A DNA stretch of 63,930 bases, filler included. It is 9 parts of 9 records of this genome, joined end to end, with 100 filler letters (N's around TTAATTAATTAA, not from the genome) between each part and the next. Parts side by side here need not be neighbours in the genome. Positions count along the whole stretch, not along the records: positions 1 to 8,847 come from SRR7504441_8434; 8 more parts are not named here. The stretch is one strand, 5' to 3'. The translations under genes were made by a program, and so were the position numbers. Below the pieces are notes generated by a model. It saw only the letters and a list, made by a program, of their open reading frames with translations. It did not search any database and was not told where the DNA came from. This document shows, piece after piece, positions 1-8,947 of this stretch (its first letter is position 1; every line of letters begins with the position of its first letter).

Positions 1-183
1 GACGTCGAAGAAGTACCCGGCGGTGGCCGCTCGCTCGTAGATAACAAAGTCCCGTCCGGCCTGGTGCAGGTAGTGCCCGAGCTGGAGTCCTCCGGGGCCG
101 GCGCCGACCACGCAGTACTCGTGCCGCTCGGGGCTCGCCTCCATTGCCACCGCCGCCAGGAGCAGCAGCCCAATGGTCTTCAT
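1..183 (-). CDS. FOXRED2: FAD-dependent oxidoreductase, FOXRED2/ERFAD-like (5' part, truncated at window edge)
   Basis: Reverse strand reads MKTIGLLLLAAVAMEASPERHEYCVVGAGPGGLQLGHYLHQAGRDFVIYERAATAGYFFDV: signal peptide, GxGxxG FAD motif and a YCVxGAGPxGLQ..Y.L..AGRD pattern like FOXRED2. Absent from the ORF track. Confidence 0.75.
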   Translation of the reverse strand, partial: MKTIGLLLLAAVAMEASPERHEYCVVGAGPGGLQLGHYLHQAGRDFVIYERAATAGYFFDV

Positions 184-277
184 GGTACCAGGGCTGGAGG
201 GGCGAAACCAGGTCTTGGCGTTCCCAACGGCGTTTTCCGTTGGTCTGATTTCGTTGGCCTCCACCGAGCTGCAAACA

Positions 278-525
278 ATGCCTGCCAAGCTTCAGAGTCT
301 GATCGCCACCGCCGGGAAGCGGGCCGTCCAGGCTAACATGCGGGGTACGGGCTCGTCGGGCCGGCGGTCTGACCGGCGCGCTGCTCGGCCACAGGTAAGG
401 GCGCCGGCGGGGCTGGCAAGACCTACTACTTCACCCGGGACCCGATCATGGCTGGCGTCCTGTGCGGGAGCGTCCTGTTCGGGGGCTACGGCGCGGTCAA
501 GCTCGCCATCAACTGGCAGCTGTAA
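278..525 (+). CDS. Small single-pass membrane protein, 65 aa, 2 exons
   Basis: GT-AG intron 345-394 with CTGAC branch site gives MPAKLQSLIATAGKRAVQANMRGKGAGGAGKTYYFTRDPIMAGVLCGSVLFGGYGAVKLAINWQL*. Head-to-head with FOXRED2. Confidence 0.55.
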
Positions 526-1266
526 CCAATCCCCGCTTGGTCCGGCCTCTCATCCGGCGGGCAGGAGCAAGTAAGCGGGCGAAGATCCACGCGCGCGGGG
601 GGGAGGGGGGGCACCGACGCGAGAGGCGGATGGATGGCCGGTCACGTGTTAGGTGCATCCTTCCCTCAACTTATCCTATATAAATCAGCTCCCCGCACAT
701 TCGGTTGCAGCCAGTGCAGAACGCGTCGGGTTAACCTCCGGATATTGCCGCAGTACCAGGTCGCCACGGGTGCGGCCAAGGGGGGCGCGCTGCCGTCGGG
801 CGGCTATGCGAGGTGCACCGTGGGCCGCGTCGCGCTGTCATCACGTCAACGCTCGTTCTAGATTATTGATTATCGATTGCGTTCAACTTCAACGTCATTC
901 AAGTTGAGCTTTTCGGGGGGATTGAAGGGTATCACACACCATACGCAGTGCTTTGGCGTCGACAGGTTGGGAATCAGGTTCGTTTCGATGTCTTCAAATG
1001 AACTCTCGATGAATGTGTAATTAATAACACTCATGTTTTCTGCGTACGTGCACGCGGCTCGAGTGACGGAGTAGCTTGCTGATGGCAAGCTTGCCTCTCC
1101 CTGTGCGAATTGGAAGCGCAGTCACTCGATCAGACCAGACATCGAGTTTAGCTCTCTGTCTGCCGTCTTCATCGTGAACGTCTTCATTGCGGCAGTGCGG
1201 GTTTGCCGTTGAACCAGTCGCGGTCCGGTCCACCGTCACACGGAGCCGGCGGAGCTGCTTACTGCA

Positions 1267-3811
1267 ATGTCACGTGAGGCAGACGACGCGTTCCTGTTCC
1301 GTGAGGACGCTGGGGGCAAGAAGCCGGCCAGGAGCCAGCCCAAGCAGCCCAAAAAACCGCCGGCTCAGGACCTGCGCGCCCTCGCGGCCGACGACGCCAA
1401 CCTGCGCATCCCCGGCCGGCACCTGTGCTCGTGCCACGCCACCCGCCACCCACTGTGCGCCCCGGGCCTGCCGCGTGCGTTGACTGGCGCTGGGCGCAGG
1501 CTGGGGAACTGCCTCGGATGCGGTCGGATCATATGCGAACAGGAAGGCTGGGGCCCGTGCCTGTTCTGCGGCACCCCGTTCGGCAAGGGCAAGAAGAGCG
1601 CAGGCTCTCAGGCTGATAAGCACAAAGAGCGGCTTCTCGAGTTCCAACGGACGTCAGCCAAGCGCACCGCCGTGATAGACGACCAGTGCGTTGGCTGGCC
1701 GGGCGCCGGTCGAGCTGGCTGTCAGGGCGGATTGGTTTGATAACCAGGACATCAACGTCTGGCTGAACAAGCAGGAGAAGGAGAAGCAGCGCCAGCTGGT
1801 CCAGGCCCGCACCGAGAAAGCTGAGGCCAAACGCCGGCAGATCCGGGTAGCTTGCTGCATTGGTTCCAGCCGGAGCTCGGTTGGCAGGTCACTCTGGACT
1901 TAGCCGGACGCCGGGTGCTCCAGGCCGCCGACGACTCGGACGACGAACCGGCCGGGCCGGAGGACCCCGAGGAGCCGCCGCCCGAGTTTGGAGGGCTGCT
2001 CAACCCGTCGCTGCGCGGGCCTCCACCGGTGTTCGTTAGGCCTGGAGAGACCAAACGGCCTGGCTCTGAAAACCCGGCGATGAACGGCCGGAGAGCGGCG
2101 AGGGTGCAGCAGTACGAGGAGCCGGTGGACATGGAGGCGGCGCTGGAGCCCGCGGAGTGGGAGTTTGAGCCAATCGCTGAAGCGGAGCCAGCTCAGGCGA
2201 GCGGCGGGTGGGCGGCTGCGGCAAGCTCTGCGAGCGACAGCCTTTGGGCTACACAGCACTCAGGGATCAACGACACCGAGTTCGTGATCGCACAGGCCGG
2301 GCATACCAGCGCCTGCCTGAGCATGCACCAGCCGTGGGCCTCGCTGCTGGTGGCTGGAATAAAGACGGTAGAGGGCCGCTCGTGGCCCACTACGCATCGG
2401 GGGCTGATATGGATAGCTTCCACTGCCCAGCCGGTGGAGAAGAATCACGTGGCCCAGCTGCGTGCCCAGTACGCCAAGGTGGACCAGTCGAGGTTTCCGC
2501 GCGAGTACCCGCATGGTGGCTGGCGGGGCCGGCACTGTGCCCGACTGGAGGGCAGGGCATCTGTTGGGGATTGTGAATGTGGTCGATTGCATGTCCCAGC
2601 AGGAGTATTTCCGGCACTGCCCGGAGCAGTCCCGCGAGGAGAACTCGTCAGAGTTTCTGTTCATATGTTCTGATCCGCACACGCTCGCGATGCCATACAA
2701 GGTTTGTATGCCGATCCCGCCGCCTGCGCTCATCCAGCTCACAGGTATCAGGCCGGCACAAGATCTGGGACCTGCCGCCTGGAATCAACACCAAAATCGC
2801 CGGCTCGCTCCTCGCTCCGACCGGCAGCCCTGGGGCGGTCGCAGGCCGTGCGACACTGGTCTGAGCTGAGGCTGGCAGGCACCGGCGGCGGCGCCTAAGG
2901 ATCTGGGGCCTCTGGACCTGTTCCCGCGGCCTGGCTCGGACTGGCACCTGTGAGCCTCCAGCCTGGTGCCTGCCTGAAGGGCCGGGCAGGGCCTGCCTGA
3001 GAGACGCCCCGGGGGTGCTCGCCGGCTGGATACAGGCCGGGGGCGCCGGGCGGAGCCACGGGCGATGTCAGCCGATGGCCGACGGCGTGGTTCTGCTCAA
3101 GGGGTGGCTGTCGGCGGAGGCTCAGAACTGCATCGTGGCGATCGTGCAGCGGGTGAGTGAGCAGGCCGAGAATGGGTTCTCCAAGCCGAAGCACTGGTCG
3201 GGGAACGATATGCACCTCGAGATGTTCTTCATGGGCAAGAAGTGGATCTCCGGTGTCGGCTACACGGTGGATTGTCATATACTTGGCCACTCACGGCTGG
3301 GCGCAGAGCAAGGATCAAGTGCCGATCCCGAATGAACTCAAGCAGCTGGCGGCGGCGGCGGTCTCTGAGGCTTCCCGGATGGATCCTCAGCTCCCACCGC
3401 GGCTGCTGGCTGACATTGCTCTTTCCAATTACTGTGCGCTTGCCTGGCGGTTAGGCTCAGTCAGGCGGGCCAGACACGCATGGCGGGCGGCTCGGGCAGC
3501 ACGCGGATGTAGACGAGAGCCCGGAGGTGCTGGATGCAGGTCGGTAGCAGCACAGGCGGCGTGAATGGCCGGCAGGCGTGCCGGTGGTCTCGGTGTCGGT
3601 TGGTGACTCGTGCGACTTTGTATTCACGCCAGGTGGCTCTGGGCGCGAGCAAACTGTCCGGTTGGATTCGGGCGACGTGCTGGTGTTTGGTGGACCATCC
3701 CGCCGGATGACGCACGGCGTGACCAAGGTGCACTCGAACACCAAGCCCAAAGCGGTGCAGATGCGGCCCGGCCGGCTAAACTTGACGTTCAGACAACAAT
3801 ATCTCAAGTAG
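1267..3811 (+). CDS. TRIP4: ASC-1/TRIP4 homolog (zf-C2HC5 + ASCH), predicted fused to a C-terminal AlkB-family 2OG-Fe(II) dioxygenase; about 712 aa, 11 exons
   Basis: zf-C2HC5: CSCHATRHPLLGNCLGCGRIICEQEGWGPCLFCG. ASCH: CLSMHQPWASLLVAGIKTVEGRSW...SGRHKIWDL. AlkB: NYY, HAD, PVVSVSVGDSCDF, GDVLVFGGPSR..THGV, GRLNLTFR. Introns 1455-1499, 1686-1725, 1847-1887, 2516-2555, 2702-2744, 2838-2878, 2950-2989, 3267-3306, 3434-3473, 3540-3575; exons sum to 2139 nt, open frame. Domains are secure; the fusion is less so. Confidence 0.8.
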
Positions 3812-3967
3812 GTACTAGGAATTCCCGGTGTCACGGTTACAAACGACGAGTACTCGTACAGACGCCCGTACTCCGCAATACTTGTATACATGTAGGCACA
3901 ACAATGAATTGATTTAAAGTTCCCCCCTTGTACTCAGAAAATAATCATAACGAGAACTTGGGTGACT

Positions 3968-4825
3968 CTAGGGTGGCTCAGGTGCTCCATCAAGAGCAGG
4001 TTCAAGGCGCTTTGTCCATCCGATCTCCCTCCACGCCCCGGCCGAAACCAGAAAATCCCGATACAGCCGAGCGCGAACCTGCTCCGAGTCCAGAGGCTGG
4101 CCCATGCTCCGCTCGGCCTGCTCCAGCTCGCCCTGGCTCAGCCTGCCCTTGCCCACGAGCGCCCAGCCGATCCGATCCCTCATCAGCCCGGGACTGAACT
4201 CAGGATGCGCCTGGCACCCGAGCACATTCCTGTGCCGCCCAGCCAGGAACATCTCGAACGGTGCCGTCGAAGACCAGCCGAGCAACACCGCGCCGGGCGG
4301 CATCTGCCCGACCTGCTCGCCGTGGCTCTCCAGCAGCCGGCACGCCGCATCCTCGAGCCCCAGCACGCCCTGCAGCGCGGGAGCTACGCTGATCCGCTCG
4401 CTGCCATAAACAAACCGGCCAGTCGGGTTGGGGCAGACCCGGCCGCCCAGCGCCTGGGCCACCGCCTGGCAGCCGAAGCAGCAGCCAACCACCCGCAGCC
4501 ACGGGGCTTGCTCGCAGGCCCGGATCAGCTCTGCCAGCGGCTTCAGCCAGCCGGCGCCCTGCTCGCGGACCGAGTGCCCAGATCCAGTGACCAGCAGCCC
4601 GCTCAGCCTCCTCAGATCGGATTGGGTCGGGAGGTGCCCGGCGCAGGCGGCGTATTCGACCCATCGGCAGTCGTCGGGAAGCTGGAGGGCTCGGGCGAAG
4701 ATGGCCAGCTGGTCGCGCCACTTCGGGGCGTCCTCAGTGTTGATGAAGGCGAAGACCCGCGCACGCCGATGATGCCGGCGCAGCGCGGTCAGCCCGGCCA
4801 ACAGCGCAGCCGCCAGCGCCCACAT
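3968..4825 (-). CDS. Class I glutamine amidotransferase-like protein (gamma-glutamyl peptidase type)
   Basis: VTGS, nucleophile elbow GCCFGCQAVAQALGG, ESHGEQV and QAHPEF; hydrophobic N-terminus; no intron needed. Confidence 0.85.
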   Translation of the reverse strand: MWALAAALLAGLTALRRHHRRARVFAFINTEDAPKWRDQLAIFARALQLPDDCRWVEYAACAGHLPTQSDLRRLSGLLVTGSGHSVREQGAGWLKPLAELIRACEQAPWLRVVGCCFGCQAVAQALGGRVCPNPTGRFVYGSERISVAPALQGVLGLEDAACRLLESHGEQVGQMPPGAVLLGWSSTAPFEMFLAGRHRNVLGCQAHPEFSPGLMRDRIGWALVGKGRLSQGELEQAERSMGQPLDSEQVRARLYRDFLVSAGAWREIGWTKRLEPALDGAPEPP

Positions 4826-4937
4826 CGGCTAGACACCAGTGACTGCAGTGCCGCCTCAGCGACTTCAGTTGCCGTTTTGTCGAGTTTGTCCGGAGTTTGG
4901 CGGGAACCCAACCGCCTCTCATCAGTAACCCAGCCCG

Positions 4938-6054
4938 ATGGAGTCTAGCGACTGGCTCCCGGGCTCACCTCTGGACGTGTTTGACTTCTTGACCGACCCC
5001 GTGCTCAAGTGAGCCCCGCGGCCGGCCGGCCTGAGCCCCGGGCAGGACTTGCAAGGGTCGGGACAAGCTGTGCAGCTTTCTGCAAAACTTTGCCAAGTGG
5101 TCCAGCCTAGTCCGGCACCAGCAGGGCACCCCGGGCTGGCAACTCTGGCGGAACGTGGAAAACTCGATGAGCTCCGGCCGCAAGATCTTCCGATTCGTCA
5201 AGTACCTGCCCGAGTCCACCAAGAGCTTCCACGCCTTCAAGCGCGCGCTCGCTCCGGGCAGCTCATCGCCGGACGCGCTCCGAAGCTTCACCGAGGGCTG
5301 CGCCCGGGCGCTGTCGTGCGCCTATTTTTGGTTTGACAACATCGTCTGGGCCCAGGGGGTCGGGATGATCAGCTTGCCCTCCCTGCGCGTGGTTAAATCC
5401 CGCAAGAATACGGCCTCGCTGGCTCGGCTGCTGGTGGCGCTGCTGGGAGAAGTCATATACTTCTTCACAGTAAGCCTGAGCCGACGGCTGAGCGACAAGC
5501 CGGTCAGCCCGCTCATGGCTCATCTTGATGCCACAGAACATGCGCTCGTCGCGGTGTCCACGCTGTGCAACATCCGAATGACGCTGCCGCGGCTGTTTCA
5601 AGGCTTTGGCTGCAGCCAGCCAGCGATCGGGCTGCTGGGGATGACTTCCTCGCTTGCGGTGCTGGGTACTCTCTGGGTAAGATTCCTGCGGTCCAAGATC
5701 TCAAGGCGGCAGGTCAAGCCTCCAAGCACCCCATCTAAGCGCCAGCCAGCGATACTGGGCTACGCCACCGGCGAAGTCGGCTTTGCTTCGCCCAGTGAGA
5801 AGGCGGCAGCCGCAGCCAAAGAGGCCGCAGCAAAGGCGGCAAAGCAGAAGCCGATGGATGATGCGTCACTGGCAGCGAGGGAGCGGAAGGCGCGGGAGAA
5901 TCAGCAGAGCTGGAAGGAGAAAAATTTCGAGGAAATGGTCCGCGAGTCGAGCAAATCGCCCCCAGTCCGGCGGTCGACCAGCCGGTCGCCTCGCAAGAGC
6001 ATCTCGCCACCGACGACCAAACCGAGCAGCAGTAGGCCGTGGTTAGATTCATAA
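4938..6054 (+). CDS. PEX11: Peroxisomal biogenesis factor 11 with basic, low-complexity C-terminal tail
   Basis: Intron 5009-5045 joins MESSDW..PVLK to TCKGRDKLCSFLQNFAK; SMSSGRKIFRF, YFWFDNIVW and IGLLGMTSSL..LW match PEX11 motifs. Confidence 0.8.
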
Positions 6055-6305
6055 TAATTTGACTAACTAAGCGCTAATAAGCCGATTCTAAGCCGATTCT
6101 ATGTGGTTCTTCCCGACTCTCTAATAAATGTACGTACTAACCCAACCTATTACGTAGATAGTTATGATAGAGCCTTGCCGCTCGAATCAAATTAATGTAC
6201 GAGTACATGGATCTATAAGATCGTGTTCATGATCATCTTCATTGATGCTTCAACTTTACTTCAACTTAAGCTTTGAACAACTCACACGAATTCACTCTAT
6301 CCATA

Positions 6306-7762
6306 TCAATCTTTGTTGTCTTCATATAGCGGCGGCCAGCTCGAGCCAAACATCAGCTCGTCGCGTTGAGGCGACGATTGTGACTTACCGTGATTACTGG
6401 CAAACCTGACCGGGTCTGGGATGTCATACCCCCGCGTGTTGATCCCGGCTTTCGTAGCCAGCGCTAAAACCTCCTGCTGTCGCTTCCGTAGCACCCAGAA
6501 ATGATGATCAATGAAGTGCCGCATCATCTCCTCGACGGCCTGCAGGCTCCCACTGTTGATCATCCGGTCCAACTTCTCATGAACCGCACGCTGGTGCAGC
6601 GCGAGCATCTTGCGTGGCGAGACATAGTGGAAACTGAAAAACTGCCGATGGCTGATTATGTCCACGTGGTCTACCGCATAACTGTGGGCGCTTCCCTGCC
6701 ATTTCTTCGGGAATGGGACGCTCTTGATCCCCAGCAGTTCCATTAGCAGTCCTTGGTATACATCAGGACAATTCACACAAAGATTCGTCTCCCCAAATGT
6801 CACATCGATGAATTCGTCTATGTGCTGTGCCATGAGCGCTGCGGCCGCATTATTCAAGTAGTACGGGATAGAGCCAGAGCTGTAGCTGAAGCTTGCGCTT
6901 TTGCGGACTGCAGGTCCATTTGGCCAGCGGTCGAATCCAGCCATTGAGCCCGTGTTGAGGCCTCGCGTCCATTGACCGAACCACTGAGCCAAGAAAACAG
7001 GCTCGGTGCCGTAAGCTGCGCTGGCATCTGCGAGCATCATCATCGTATAGTCCGGATGCAAATAGTTGTCATCACCCGCCGCTGTATACCAAGCTGCACG
7101 CACGCACTCAGCACGGCGCAGGCCCTGCAGCTGCTACCTCGGTCAGGGTGACGCCGGTACGCGATTGCGAGCCCCAAGAGGTAGAATGCCACCGACGGGT
7201 CCCTCCTCTTACCGGGCTGGCTGCCAGTAACTAACCAGTGATCGATCGTCTCGATCGGTATGGACGGGTCGGCCTGTTCGCCAAAGATCAGCGCCATCGG
7301 GAAGCCTACGAGCGGGTTGAGCCAGGTGTCCCTGGCGGCCGCTGCCCTCGAATGGATGATATTCGCGCCCGAGGCGACGGCCAGCACAAGCTGCTCCTTT
7401 GGGAGACCTGGCCGGGCTGGCCAAGGGTCCAGATTCCACGGAAGCTTGTCGCAGTACCAAATAGGACGGCGCATCTCGGCCTGTGCTCTCGGGTCGGCAC
7501 CAGTGGCGTCACCAGTCTTGCCTGGGCCGTGCTGGATACGCCTCTCGCGTGCCTTCCAGCGAGCTTGGTCACTCACCTCTCTGGGGCAGAACCAAGGCGA
7601 AGTCCGCCGGAACTCGGATACAGCGCCCGCGCTCACAAGTGTGTTCAGGTGGTCCTCCAGCCGGTTGATGTGCAGGCGCTGGACCACCAGCAGCCCGATC
7701 AGCGACGCAAGAGCCAGCAGCACCCCGGCCGGGCCAAAGACCCGCCAGCCACCCGGCCGCAT
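6306..7762 (-). CDS. Type II membrane glycosyltransferase, GT31/Fringe-like
   Basis: N-terminal TM, RAAAARDTW, AWYTAAGDDNY (DD motif region), SSGSIPYYL, PDVYQG, SFHYVSP; intron 7094-7137. Confidence 0.7.
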
Positions 7763-7832
7763 GAGAATCCTGAACGACGATTTTTTTTTATTTCATCATC
7801 TGTCAGAGAGGCGAGCGCTGGGGCATCACCTT

Positions 7833-8847
7833 ATGATGTTATGGCGCTGGGCATCACCATGGCGGTGGGTGACAGCGGCCTTGATCGCGCTGGCCGCCAC
7901 TCTGGCACTCTGGTCCGTCGGGCGACGGAGCGGCGCCGTTCTGGCACACTGGCGCCACTCAGATCTTCCGTCGCCACTAAAGGCGCCGATCGCCGACCTG
8001 GACAAGCTGAACGAGAAGACGGCCGCCGCTCGGTCTGCCCAGCCGGTCGGCATCAAGATCGCGAACTCGCTGCTCAAGGCCAGGGCGGATCGCGAACGCG
8101 CTGCATCAAGATCAGCTACCGGTGGCCACAAGGCCGGGGCGGAAGCGAACCTGCAGGATGAGCCCCGGCCGATGAGCCCGTTCCAAGCTCGGAAGCCATA
8201 CGGCGAGCCAGAGTCGGGCTCGAGGCTGTCTTCCTGCCTGCGGGAGCTGGCGTCCCGGACTTCGGTTGATAGAAGCCAGATTGGCTTCTCGATGACATCG
8301 ACCTCGCCGCCGTTCATGATTACCAGTTTCCCGTGGGTGGTCGACCCCCAGACCGCTGGGACGCTAATCATGACCGGAATGTTTGATCATCATGTAATCG
8401 CAGCGATGCAAAGAGTGCTGCTCGATGAACGAGGCGAGAGCGACTGCAGAGGCAAGGTGATGGTGGACATAGGGGCCAACTACGGTGAGCCCGCCGGGAC
8501 GGTGCATAAGCTTAATCTGGGGTTGGCAGGGATGATGGGGCTATATGCCGGCTCACTGGGCTGTGAGGTGCTGGCAGTGGAAGGCCAACCAACCCTTGCC
8601 GAGTTCATACAAGCGAGTGTGTGCTTGAATGGCTTTAGCAGTGTGAAGGTGTTAAATCTTATCGCGACGAAATCACCAGGAATCAGCTACGTCGAGAGGC
8701 CAGGGTCCGCTGCGGATGGCAAAGGCATGTCAGTTGCAGGAAATGCGAATCCAATGTCAGAACAATCGCAGAAGTATTGCATTAGTGGGAAATTGGAATG
8801 TGACAAGGTGCCCCACACAAGCCTAGATGATGTGCTCCAGGCCAATA
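7833..8847 (+). CDS. FkbM-family SAM-dependent methyltransferase, membrane-anchored (3' truncated)
   Basis: N-terminal TM; VMVDIGANYG-MMGLYAGSLGCEVLAVE after removing in-frame intron 8485-8529; SVCLNGF and SLDDVL. Confidence 0.8.
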
Positions 8848-8947
8848 NNNNNNNNNNNNNNNNNNNNNNNNNNNNNNNNNNNNNNNNNNNNTTAATTAAT
8901 TAANNNNNNNNNNNNNNNNNNNNNNNNNNNNNNNNNNNNNNNNNNNN
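8848..8947. other. Artificial contig spacer (N44-TTAATTAATTAA-N44); also at 14371-14470, 17889-17988, 29379-29478, 35904-36003, 46391-46490, 54104-54203 and 60821-60920
   Basis: Identical 100-nt spacer with stops in all six frames; genes are cut at its edges. Confidence 0.97.

Noticed and set aside
870-1239. Two minus-strand ORFs joinable by a 40-nt GT-AG intron
   Set aside because: The joined frame has no upstream ATG before a stop and no recognisable motif; cannot support a gene.
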